A stretch of 64,000 nt of DNA, from assembly GCF_009914755.1 (NCBI RefSeq), contig NC_060925.1. The stretch is one strand, 5' to 3'. The notes beneath the pieces are model-generated. The model made no database searches. It saw only the letters and a program-made list of their open reading frames with translations, and had not been told where the DNA came from. Origin of the DNA: the human T2T-CHM13v2.0 reference genome, Homo sapiens. This document shows, in pieces, positions 1 to 12,084 of the stretch (positions are counted from its first letter, which is position 1; each line of letters begins with the position of its first letter). A program made the translations under genes and the position numbers.

Positions 1-498
1 ATTCTGTAGGTTGTTTTTTCACTCTATTGATTGTTTCCTTTGCTGTGCAGAAGCTTTTTGGTTTTATATAATCCCATTTGTCTATTTTTGCCTTTTGAGA
101 TCTTACAATAATTTTTTTGTTGCCCAGACCATTGTCTTGAAGTGTTTCCCCAATGTTTTCTTCCACCAGTTTTGTAGTTGCAATTCTAATATTTAAGTCT
201 TTAATCCACTTTGAATTAAGTTTTGTATATAATGAGAAGTAGGGGTCTAGTTTCATTCATCTGCATATGGATATCCAGTTTTCCGAGCCCCATTTATTGA
301 AGAGACTGTCTTTTTCCCAACGTATGCCCTTGGCACTTTCATTTAAAATGAGTTGGCTATTACTGTGTGGACATATTTCTGGATTCTTTTTTCTGTTCCA
401 TTGGTCTATATGTCTGTTTTTATGCCAGAACCATGCTGTTTTGGTTACTATAGCTTTATAGTATATTTAGAAGTAGTGTAATGCCTCTGGCTTTGTTC
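1..498 (-). mobile_element. L1 (L1MA/L1PB-age) ORF2 3' region; non-inverted body of a 5'-inverted insertion, continuing off the left edge
   Basis: The reverse complement reads gaacaaagccagaggcattacacta...aaagctatagtaaccaaaacagcatgg, which is typical L1 ORF2 C-terminal sequence. Confidence 0.85.
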
Positions 499-1206
499 AC
501 AAAGATTGGTAGAATTTCTATATGCCAACAGTGAACATGCTGAAAGAAAAATTAAAAAAGCAATCTCATTTACAGTAGCTACATAAATACATAGAAATAC
601 ATTTAACCAAGGAAGTGAAAGATCTCTACAATACAAACTATACAGCCAGGTGTGGTGGCACATGCCTATAATCCCAGCACTTTGGGAGGCTGAAGCGGGT
701 GGATCAAGAGGTCAGGAGATCGAGACCATCCTGGCCAACACGGTGAAACCCCATCTTTATTAAAAATACAAAAATTAGTCAGGCGTGGTAGTGTGTGCCT
801 GTAGCTCCAGCTACTCAGGAGGCTGAGGCAGGAGAATTGCTTGAACCCAGGAGACAGAGGTTGCAGTGAGCCAAGACTGAGCCACTGAACTCCAGCCTGG
901 TGACACAGTGAGACTCCATCTCAGAAAAAAACAAACAAACAAACACACAAACAAAAAAAACTATAAAATGCTAATGTAAAAAATTGAAGAGGACACCACA
1001 AAAAAAAAAGAGAAGATACCCCTTGTTCATGGATTGGAAGAATTAATATTGTTCTTCCATACTACCCAAAGTGATTTACAGATTCAGTGCAATTCCTATT
1101 AAAATACCAACGACATTCACAGAAATAAAAAAAATAGTTCTAAAACTTGTATAGAACCACAAAATAGCTCAAATAGTGAAAGCAATCATGAGCAAAAAGA
1201 ACAAAG
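499..1206 (+). mobile_element. L1 ORF2 segment, the inverted 5' part of the same element, interrupted by an Alu
   Basis: Contains L1 ORF2 motifs (ttaaccaaggaagtgaaagatctctaca, gttcatggattggaagaattaatattg). It ends at agcaaaaagaacaaag, exactly where the minus-strand piece begins in L1 coordinates. Confidence 0.85.
644..960 (+). mobile_element. AluS (AluSc-like) inserted in L1
   Basis: Dimeric Alu with gaggtcaggagatcgagaccatcctggccaac, an A/AAAC tail, and TSD aaactata on both sides. Confidence 0.93.
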
Positions 1207-2549
1207 TCTTCACTTTGTTTTGCTCACTGCTGCTGGGGTGAGCTCTGTGGAACAGGAATCTGATTATGTCAATTTCTTTGCATAAAAACTTTGAGTGGTA
1301 TTCTCATTGCCTGATAAGAAAAGGCCAAATTCATTGGTATGGATTTGCACTCTGACCTCAGATTAATTTTCCAGTTTCTATTCCTTCTCATAAGTCCTTG
1401 GCTGTCCACATTTGTCCTTTTGTCAAACTTCTACTCACTCATATGTAACTTCTTCAATGACCTCCCTAGCATAGTTCACTATGTGTAACGCCGTAATCTG
1501 CTTATATACTATATCACTTTACTACAGTTATTTTTGTGTCAGTATACTGGGCTAGATGACAAAGTCTTTGAAAGGTTCTAAACTGGAAGCAGCTTTTGTT
1601 TAAATTATCTCCAACACTGAAACTCCATCTTTCTTCCTAGAGGGTTGTTTTTGTTTACTGTTGCACCTTCCCAAGGACTTCTATGTTCAAGATCTTCTCA
1701 CGAACTTAGAATTACCTTGTGGAGCATTCAGGGCCAGCAGAATTATGTCCAGTTCACAGTCAAAGAGTCTGAAGCACAGATGCATGAAGTGCTTGTTTCA
1801 AAATAATTAAAGTACTGGGATTATGAAAATTCTCACTGTTGCCTATTCGTATCCATTCTACTGCTTGTCCACATGAAAGATTACATATAATTACTTTCCT
1901 GTCTATAAAATTCTAGTCATATAAGAAGTTGAACCCAAGTCATGGCCTGTGTATTAGACTGACTATCTATAAACTCAATAAAATAGAATTTCTTTATATA
2001 GTCCTTTCTAAGTTAGCCAAGAAGATGGGTAATTGTGATGACGGCTTGTTCTGTGGGCCCCACCATGTAGTATTACTGAGTTTCTTTGGCTCTAGTCTGT
2101 TGATTCTGAGGGCTCTTGGATATGGGTGGTGGTTTCTACCATTGCTGCTGCCTTACTTTTCTTGCCTTGACCACAGGGCTGTTGTCTGTCAGTGTCTTCA
2201 CTTCTCCCACTGCTCTGGTAGCAGGGTCAGTGGTCCAGTTCTCAAACTGACAAATATTCTTCCCCAGGGTATAAGACTTTGGGCCTATAAAATGTAACCT
2301 GAGGACACGATAGGCCTCACCCCTGTGGAACCCAAAGTTATCACCCTTTAACAGTGATCAATTTAGGGTGACTTCCTCCCACTTTAGGGTAAGTTCCCTA
2401 TATTTTAGTGGGAACTTCTTGTACTGGGGCCATTGTTTGCTTTTTTCAGTGCATTAATCTTGAACATTATACCCAAAGTCCTGTTCATTATTTTTCCAAG
2501 ATTCTTTAGGAGTCTGATACATGTAGAATTTTTATTTGATTTTGTTTAA

Positions 2550-2790
2550 ACCAACACTTATTGAACACCTATTATACCTCAGGTGCTATGCTAGACTATA
2601 TATAGAGTGTTCCATTTAATAGTCTCACAACACAGGGATATTCCCATTGGACCCCTGCTACAGATGAGAAAACCTAGCATCTGAGAGTTAAATAACTTGC
2701 CCAAGGTATCAAAGCCACTAAGTGGCAGATCTGGGACTGAAACTCAGGTCTGTCTGATCCCAGAGCCTAAGTTCTTTCTCATGCTTCATG
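2550..2790 (-). mobile_element. MIR SINE
   Basis: MIR core acagatgagaaaac...ttaaataacttgcccaaggt...agtggcagatctggga. Confidence 0.8.
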
Positions 2791-3627
2791 CTACATCCCA
2801 GTATGTGTGCCACCATGCTCTAAAAGGCTTCAGAGGATTCAGCAAATGTTACCCTGAAGTTAGCATTGAGGAGTTTACTGGGAGACTATTCCTGCTACTA
2901 CCACAAGTGCCAGTAAATCTATAAGATTTGTAAGAAATTGTGAATGTCAATAAAAGGTAGCCTTCTGTACATATTTAATTTTTGCTCTCCTTCTTAACTA
3001 CAAACATAGGGGAAAGAAAGACTACTTTTTACAACTTAACTTTCTAAGTGACTTAGACATTTTTGAGGGCTTCTTATTTTCTCTACTTTAATGAGCCCTC
3101 TAAGGGCTATCATGCTAAAAATGATGATTATTCTTTCCAGATGTTGGAGTTTTGATTGCAAGGAGAATAGGAGCAGTTAAGTGGTGGTGGTGGAGCTGGC
3201 ATTGCTTAGTGGAAAATATTCAGACACCACCACTAAAACCTGCCAAGTCTCTTGCAATATTTTATTGGTATTGATACGTGTTTGGCTCAATCAACTCTGC
3301 CTGAGGTTGTGGGAATGATTAGAATGACAAAGCAAAAAAACTCTGGGGATATTTCCCCCTTCTTACTATGATTCCTGAGTATCAAGCAGACTAATGATAG
3401 GACCAATTCTGCATTTAGGTAAGAGAGTGAACAAATATATACCCTCAGTGGCTGTATTAAGTATCTTAAGAAATTGTATAACTCAGAAAGTAAATGAGAA
3501 ATAAGATTAGAAGAAAATTCAGAATATTTAAATGAATAGTTACCTATAAAACTACCATTTTGTGAGTTAAGAAAATCAATGATTCACCATTAAATCATAT
3601 TAATTTTTAGAATTTTGTCTTTTGCTT

Positions 3628-6600
3628 TAACTAACAGCAGCTAGTGTGCACTGCTCTCATGGAGAGAAGTAGAGGGGGGTGAGTAAATACAGCACTTTCA
3701 ACTGAAACATCCAGCTACACGTATTGGGATTCAAGAAAACAGCTTGACCCATGGAGAATAGAGAAAAGCAAGGCAGGATGACTGCCCATTTGGGAGTGAC
3801 TCAGAGCCCGGGGAGCCTCCTCTGCCTAGGGAAGCAGTGAGTGAGTGTGCGACTCTGGGGACTCACACTTCTCCCCTGTATCTTTGAAAACCTTAGGTTA
3901 GGAGATCTCCTCATGAACCCACCCCACCAGGACCTGTGGTCTGACACACAGAGCTATGTGGTGTCTTGGCAGAGCAGCTGCTTTGGCACACTCAGAGCCC
4001 CAGGAGTTTTAGAAACTCAGGCTTCCCAGCAAAAGTGGTTGCAACTCTAGCAAAGAGGGAGGTTAGAGCCCCATATATACCCCTAGGAAGGGGGCTGAAA
4101 CCAGGGGGCTGAGCAGTGATGGTCTGCAGGTCCCACTTCCATGATACCTCATAGGATAAGACCCACTGGCCTGGGAATCCAGCCATCCACAGGTAGCAGT
4201 GTTACATCTCCCTGACATGAAGCTCCCAGAGGGAGGGGTAGGCTGCCATCTTTGCTGTTTCATAGCCTTAGCTATTATTGCCTTCAGTGCAGCTGCCCTA
4301 CAAAAATGCAGCCAGACTCTTTTTGTATGGGCATTCCTGGGCCTGCTTCTCCTCATTAGGTGGGACCTCCTGACCAGGGTCACCAGCCATCCTTGCCAGT
4401 GCTTTCCAGCTGGCAGCAGTTCTAAGCCTCCTTGGGATGGAGATCTCAGGGGGAGTGGTGGGCTACCATCTTTGCTGTTTTATAGACTTAGCTGTTGTCT
4501 TTGGGCCCTAGGGAGTCTGAGGTGACTAGGGACTGGAGTGGTACCCCAGCACAGTGCAGAAGCTCTATAGAGAAGTAGCCAGACTGCTTTTTCAAGCAGG
4601 TCCCAGATCCCATTTCTCTTCACTGGTGCAACCTTCTGATCAAGGTCAACAGCCACCCCTGCTTGTGTTTTCCAGCCAGCAGCAGTTTCAAACCTCTCTG
4701 GGATGGAGGTTCCAGAGGGAAGGCTGTGCTGCAATCTTTGCTGTTCAGCAGCCTTAGCCATTGTTGCTTTCAGGCTTTATGGATTCTGAGGCAAACAGTG
4801 ACTTGAGCAGACCCCCCAGCAAAGCCAGCTGCCCTACAGAAAAGTGGCCAGACTGCTCTTTATGCAGGTCCCCAATCCCATTTCTTCTCACTGGTTGGGA
4901 TCTCTAGACTGGGGTCTCCAGCCACTTCCTGTTGGTGAGTTTGGGTTGTCAACAGGTCTGTACCTCCTGGGATGGAGCTCCCAGAAGAAGAAGGCTGCCA
5001 GTTTTGCTGTTTCACAGCCTTCACTGTTGATACCATCAGGTGCTGAAAAATCTGAGGTGACTAGGGACTGGAACAGATCCACAGCATACTGCATCAGCAG
5101 TGGAAAAGTGGCTAGACTATTTTTTTACATTTATGGGGTCCCTGATCCCACATCTCCTCACTGGGTGGGTCCTCCCAGCCTGGGCCTTCAGCCACCCCAC
5201 ACCAGGGCTATCAAGCCAGTATGAGCTCTGCAACTCCCAGGGACAAAGCTCCAAGTAGGAGGGGTGGGTTGTCATCTTTGCTGTCTTTCAGCCCTTTCAT
5301 TTGCTGTCTCCAGGCTATGGAGAGTCCATAGGGACCAGGGGCTTGTCCAGATCCACAGCATGGAGAACAACCTCATGGAAAAGTGGCCAGACTAGTCTCT
5401 ACACAGTTCCCAGTCTTCATGTCTCCTCACTGGACAGGGACAGGGTGGCCTGAACTGGGACTCCAGAACAACTACCCTGCCCTCGCCTGATCATTTCAAT
5501 TAGAGGCAGCCCAGAAGTTAAAAGAACATCCACATGCAGCGATAAGAAAGAACCAATGCAAGGACTCTGGTAACCCAAATGCCCAGAATGTCTTATGTCC
5601 TCCAAATGACTGCATCAGTTCTCTTACAAGGGTTCTTAACCAGGCTGAGTTGGCTAAAATGACAGAAATAAAAATCACAATAGGGATAGGAATAGATATC
5701 ATTGAGATTCAGGAGAATGGCAAAACTCAATCCAAGGAAACTAAGAATCACAATAAAATGTTACAGGAGTTGACAGACAAAATAGCCAGTATAAAAAAAG
5801 AATCTAACTGATCTGATAGAGCTGAACAACACACTACAAGATTTTCACAGTGCAATTGTCAATATTAATAACAGAATAGAACAAGCTGAGGAAAGATTCT
5901 TGAAACTTGAAGACTGGCTCTCTAAAATAAGGCAGACAAAAAATAAAAGAATGAAAAGGAACAAAAAAACCTCTGAGAATACAGGATTATATAAAGAGGC
6001 CAAATCTATAAATCACTGGCATCCCTGAAAGGGATTGGGAGAAAGCAAACAACCTCAAAAACAAATTTCAGGATTTCATCCATGAAAACTTCCCCAACCT
6101 CACTAGAGAGGTCAGCAGTCAAATTTAGGAAGTAAAGAGCACCCTGCAAAATTCTACACAAGAAGATCATCCCGAAGACACATAATCATCAGGTTTTCCA
6201 AGGTCAAAATAAAAGAAAGAATGTTATAGGCAGCTAGAGAGAAAGGGCAGGTCATGACTGAAGGGTTTCTGTGGACCTCTCAGAAGAAACCCTGCAAGCC
6301 AGAAGAAATTTGGGGCCTGTATTCAACATTCTTAAGAAGTATATATGTCTTCAATCAAGAATTTCATAGCCAGCCAAACTAAGTTTCCTCAGTGAAGGAG
6401 AAATAAAATCCTTTTAGCATCAGCAAATGCTGAGGGAGTTACCAACCTTACAAGTGTTCTTGAAAGGAGCACTAAATATGAAAAGGAAAGTGACTGTTAC
6501 CAGCCACTATAAAAACACACTTAAGTACACGGACCAGTGACACTGTAAAGCAATCACACAAACAAGCTGGCATAATACCCAGCTAATAGCATAATGACAG

Positions 6601-9277
6601 GATCAAATCCATACATATAAATACTAACCTTGAATGTAAACAGGCAAAATGCCCCATTTAAAAGGCACAGAATGGCAAGCTGGATAAAAATTCAAGACCC
6701 AATGGTATGCTGTCTTCAAGAGACTCATCTCACAAGCAATGCCAGCCATAGGCACAAAATAAAAGAATGGAGGAAAATCTAACAAGCAAATGGATATCAG
6801 AAAAAAGCAAAGGTCACAATCCTGATTTCAGACAAAGCAGATTTTAAATAAAAAACATCAAAAAGGACAAAGAACGGAAATTACATGATGGTAAAGGGTT
6901 CAGTTCTATAAGAATACCTAACTATTCTAAATATATGTGCTTCCAACACAGGAGCACCCAGATTTATAAAGAAAGTTCTTACAGACCTGTGAAGAGACTT
7001 AGATTCCCATATGGTCATAGTGGAAGGCTTCAATATTCCATTGACGATATTAGATCACTGAGGCAGAAAATTACGAAAGATATTCAGGATCTGAACTCAA
7101 CGTTGGATCAAATGGATCTAATAGACCCCTACAGAACTCTCCACCACAAAACAAAAGCATACTCATTCTTCTCATTGCCACAGGGTACATACACACATTA
7201 AAATTGACCACACAACTGAAAATTAAACAATCCTCGGCAAATACAAAATAACTGAAATATACCAAATACACTCTCAGACCACAGCACCATAAAAATAGAA
7301 ATCAGACTTTAAAAAATGGCCCCAAACCATTCAATTGCATGGAAATTAAACAGTCTGCTCCTTAATGACTTTTGGGCAAATAATGGAATTAAGGCAGAAA
7401 TCAAGAAGATCTTTGAAACTAATGAGAACAAAGATACAACATACCAGAATCTCTGGGGCACAGCTAAGGCAATGTTAAGAGGAAAGTTTATAGCACTAAA
7501 TGCCCACACCAAAAAGTTAAAAAGATCTCAAATTAACAATGCAACATCAGAACTAAAAGAACTAGAGAAACAAGAGGAAATCTACCCCAAAGCTAGCAGA
7601 AGGCAAGAAAACCAAAATCAGAGCTGAACTGAAGGAGATCAAGACATAAGAAAACATTAAAAGACCAATATATTCAGGAGTTGTTTTTCTGAAAAAAGTG
7701 ATAGGATAGGTTGCTAGCTGGACTAATAAAGAAGAAAAGAGAGGAGATACAAATAAGCACAATTAGAAACCACAAAGGGGATGTTACCACTTATCCCACA
7801 GAAATACAAATAAACCACCAGAGAATACTATGAACACCTCTATGCACACAAACTAGAAAACCTAGAAGAGATGAATAAATTCCTGGACATACACACCCTC
7901 CCAAGACTGAACTGGGAAGAAATTGGTTCCCTGAACAGACCAATAATGAGCTCTGAAATTAAATCAGTAATAAATAACCTACCAACTAAAAAAGCACAGG
8001 ACCAAATGAATTCACAGCCAAATTCTACCAGATGTACAAAGAAGAGCTGGTAGCATCCTTACTGAAACTATCCCAAAAAGCTGAGAAGGAGGGACTCCTC
8101 CCCAACTCATTCTATGAGGCAAGCAACATATTTATACCAAAACCTGGCAGAGCTCACAAAAAAAGAAAACATCAGACTAATATTCTTGATGAACATTGAT
8201 GCCAAATTTCTAAACTAAATAGTGAGAAACCAAATTCAGCAGCACATAAAAAAGCTAATCCACCGTGATCAAATAGGCTTTCTCCCTGGGATGCAAGTTT
8301 GGTTCTACATATGCAAATCAATAAATGTGATTCATCATACAAACAGAAATAAAGATAAAAATCACCTGATTATCTCAATAGATGCAGGAAAGTCTTTTGA
8401 TAAAACTCAACATCGCTTCATGTTAAAAATGCTCAATAAACTAAGTATTGAAGCAACGTACCTCAAAATAATAAGAGCCATCTGTGAAAAATCCAGAGCC
8501 GATATCATACTGAATGGGCAAAAGCTGGAAGCATATCCCTTGAAAACCAGCAGATGGCAAGGATGCCCTCTCTCAACACTCCTATTTAGCATAGTAGTGG
8601 AAGTCCTGGACAGAGCAATCAGGCAAGAGAAAGAAATAAAGGGCATCCAAATAGGATGAGAGGGAGTCAAACTATCCCTGTTTGCAGACAGCATGATTTT
8701 ATATCTAGAAAACCCCCATAGCACGTCCCAAAAGCTCCTTGTGCTGATAAAAAAAAACTTCAGCGAAGATTCAGAATACAAAATCAACATAAAAAAATCT
8801 CTAGCATTCCTATCTACCAACAACAGTCAAGCTGAGAGTCAAACCAGGAACACAATCCCATTCACAATTGCCACAAAAGAATAAAATACCTAGCAATACA
8901 GCTAACCAGGGAGGTGAAAGATCTTTACAATGAGAATTGCAAAACACTGTTCAAAGAAATCAGAGGTGACACAAACAAATGGAAAACTATTCCATGCTCA
9001 TGGAAAGGAAGAATCAGTATCATTACAATGGCCATACTGCCAAAGCAATTTACAGATTCAATGTTATTCCTACCAAACTACCAACGACATTCTTCACAAA
9101 ACTAGAAATCAGGATCCTAGAAACTAGGATCAGAACAAATAACTATTGGGTACCAGGCTTAGTACCTGGGTGACAAAATATCTGTATAACAAACCTCTGT
9201 GACACAAGTTTACATATATAACAAACTTGCATTTGCACCCTGTAACCTAAAATAAAAGTTTAAAAAAATTAAAAAAG
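3628..9277 (+). mobile_element. Old primate L1 (about L1PA13-15): 5'UTR with tandem units, decayed ORF1 and ORF2, ~1.35 kb deletion of the ORF2 end and most of the 3'UTR
   Basis: 5'UTR is homologous to that of the L1 at 61.2 kb. ORF2 remnants at 7316-7627 ([37 protein letters not shown]) and 8222-8659 (RT: [27 protein letters not shown]). The 3' end is cctaaaataaaagtt plus an A-rich tail. Many stops and frameshifts. Confidence 0.95.
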
Positions 9278-10015
9278 CACTTCGGGTCCTGTTAATTTCT
9301 GTTCAAACCAGAGATACCTTCCCTGTCCTAATAATAGGCTTCTTTTTATTTCAGCAGTAACTACACAGCTTGCTTCTCCATCTTTCCTGGAGTTTCTAGT
9401 GGGAACCAACTTTTAAATCATCAATGTTTTTCCTGCTCAATTACTTTGCCAGTCTAGAAGCTGACATGTATCAGTAAAGCTGGTGCAATTTTAACTGTTA
9501 CTATATGCTTAGTTTTAAGTGAAAGACATTTCATTTTCTCCATTTTCTGCAGGGACACATTTGTTACCCAACTGTGGTCTGATTTTTAAAGTTGCCTTAG
9601 TGTTTTTATCCATGATAGAAGAAGGCAAGTATCACATTGTGGTATGTGTGTGTTCAGCTGATGCCCAGACAGGAAACTTCTACTGAGATTCCTATATGTT
9701 GTCCCTTGGTTTCTATTACATAGAAGACAAAATGGGAGAGAGAAAGGAACTATATATTATCAGCCTAAACGTTAAGCTGTCAAGGTGATGCTTTTTTCAC
9801 TCAAATCAACTTCAGTTTTTCTACTATTGGGAAATAAGTTTGGGTAACAAGATACAAACTGAAAAAATTTTTCTTTCTGTATAGTTTTGTCAGAATAGTT
9901 GTTAGCAAATCCCAGACATCTTTTTGGAGTCTCTACGGATTCTGGATTCAAGAAGAAAGAACAGTTTGAAAAACAATTTTATAAATTCAATTTTATTAGT
10001 AAAAGTCTTCCAGAA

Positions 10016-10170
10016 GAGGCAGCACAACAAATGTGAAGACTATGTAGTCAGACAAGTTCTGCCATTTACTAACTGTGTCAATGTGGCCAGGTTATTTCAC
10101 TCCAGGAGCCTCGGTTTTCTCATTTGTAAAATGATGAAACAAATACATATCTTTCAGAATTGTTAGGAGA
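10016..10170 (+). mobile_element. MIR fragment
   Basis: tctgccatttactaactgtgtca...cctcggttttctcatttgtaaaatg. Confidence 0.7.
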
Positions 10171-10217
10171 AATCAATGTCTGCAGATTTAGGCAAGAGAA
10201 GGCCTCTCAATAATAGA

Positions 10218-10665
10218 AAAATATTTAACACATTTAAATATTATTTATTTAATAATAGTTAATATTAAATATTATTTAACACATAATATTTAATATCAAA
10301 TATTATTTAACACATAATATTTAATATCAAATATTATTTAACACATTAAATATTTAGATAATAATATTTAATATGAAATATTTTTAGATAATAATATTTA
10401 ATATGAAATATTTTTAGATAATAATATTTAATGTTAAATATTTTTAGATAGTAATATTTAATGTTAAATATTTTTAGATAATAATATTTAATGTTAAATA
10501 TTTTTAGATAATAATATTTAATGTTAAATATTTTTAGATAACAATATTTAATATTAAATATTTTTTAGATAATATTTAATATTAAATATTTTTTAGATAG
10601 CAATATTTAATATTAAATATTTTTTAGATGATAATATTTAATATTAAATATTATTTAGATAATAT
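10218..10665. repeat. AT-rich minisatellite, ~30-bp unit (agataataatatttaatNNNaaatattttt)
   Basis: Units start every 30 bp at 10356, 10386, 10416, 10446, 10476, 10506 and 10536; 31-bp variants start at 10278 and 10309. Confidence 0.95.
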
Positions 10666-10733
10666 GAAAGTTGTTATTACATAGGTTGAATTTGCATTGT
10701 GAAGTATATTATAGTAGGCAAAAGATGAATGCT

Positions 10734-11035
10734 GGCTGGGCATGGTGGCTCATGCCTGTAATCCCAGAATTTAGGGAGGCTGAGGTGGGAAGATTGCTTG
10801 AGCCCAGGAATTCAAGACAAGCCAGGGCAACATAGCAAGACCCCCTCTCTACAAAAAAATAAAAAAATTAGCTGGGTATGGTGGCTCATGCTTGTACTCC
10901 CAGCTACTCAGGAGACTGTGGTGGGAGGATTGCTTGAGCCTGGAAGATTGAGGCTGCAGTGAGCTATTACCACACCACTGAGTTTAAGCCTGGGTGACAG
11001 AGCAAGACCCTGTCTCAAAATAAAATAAAATAATA
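10734..11035 (+). mobile_element. AluJ
   Basis: J-type gcttgagcccagga and gggcaacatagcaagacc; (AAAAT)n tail; TSD aaaagatgaatgct / aaaagattgatgct. Confidence 0.93.
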
Positions 11036-11380
11036 AAAAGATTGATGCTATGCAGTCTAAAATATGGACATAAATCTTCCTCCTATGGTCATGGTTGTGA
11101 ATAATAATACTAATAATACTAATAGCTGTCATTTATTGTGTTAGTCTGTATTCGGTATTGTACAAACACTATGTCATTTCAAAACTATCCTAAGGGGTAG
11201 CTTATGTGATTCCAAACAATGAGCTTATATAAAATTGAAATTAAAAAATTCATTTTGCTATTGTATAGTCACAGCTAGTGGATTTTTATAAAAATAAGTT
11301 AGACTAATTCAATACTCTTCAGAGGTTTTACATAAATGGTTCTAATCAAATGGAAAAAGTTCCAGAAAAAATACAATTGT

Positions 11381-12084
11381 GCCACTGCACTCCAGCTTGG
11401 GTGATAAAATAAAATACTCATGGATCTTGTTCAAAATGCAGATTCCTCAGATTCAATAATGAGAGCTCAGACTGGGAACAGGGCCCAGGAATCTGTGTGG
11501 TACAAACCTGCATGATGTTTATGCACACAAAGATATGAGAACCATTGTTTCGAATGCTGCTTCCATTTGACAAAGTCCTGTGATAATTTTTGAAAAGAGA
11601 AGCAAACAATGGTGTCTCTTTTATGTTCAGCTTATAATGAAATCTGTTTGTTGACTTATTAGGACTTTGAATTATTTCTTTATTAACACTTTGAGTTTTT
11701 GTATGTATTATTATTCAAGAAAAATACAATCAGGATTTTAAACATGTAAATACAAATTTCGCATACCTTTTTATGACATCAGTGAAATTTTCAGGTAGTC
11801 TGAGTAATAGATTGTTTTGCCACTTAGAATAGCATTTACCACTTAGTATTTTAAAAAATTACTGTTGGAGTATTTATTGTCAGTTTTGTTCACTTGTTAT
11901 CTAATACAAAATTATAAAGCCTTCAGAGAGTTTGGACCGCATCTCTTTGGAAAATAGTTTGCAACATATTTAATAGATACTTGATGCCAAACTGACTTTA
12001 TATGACGATTGTATTTGTGACTTTTAAAACTAATTATTTTATTGTGTAATTGATTTATAAATAACAAATTTTTTTTACAACTTA
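11381..12084 (+). pseudogene. 5'-truncated non-coding retrocopy (3'UTR-only processed pseudogene or orphan transduction) carrying an Alu 3' tip and a MER5-like fragment
   Basis: Perfect 15-bp direct repeat aaaaaatacaattgt at 11366-11380 and 12085-12099. The insert starts abruptly mid-Alu (gccactgcactccagc), is U-rich like a 3'UTR, and has TATAAA at 12056-12061, ~22 nt before the A-run. Confidence 0.8.

Noticed and set aside
1929-2297. 122-aa ORF in non-repeat DNA
   Set aside because: Non-ATG start, no recognisable homology, and a length compatible with chance.
6935-9173. L1 ORF2 fragments as an active reverse transcriptase gene
   Set aside because: Multiple frameshifts and stops, and the C-terminal region is deleted.
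10218-10665. Regularly spaced ~30-bp repeats as a CRISPR-like array
   Set aside because: Head-to-tail tandem units with no unique spacers, in a primate context with no cas genes.
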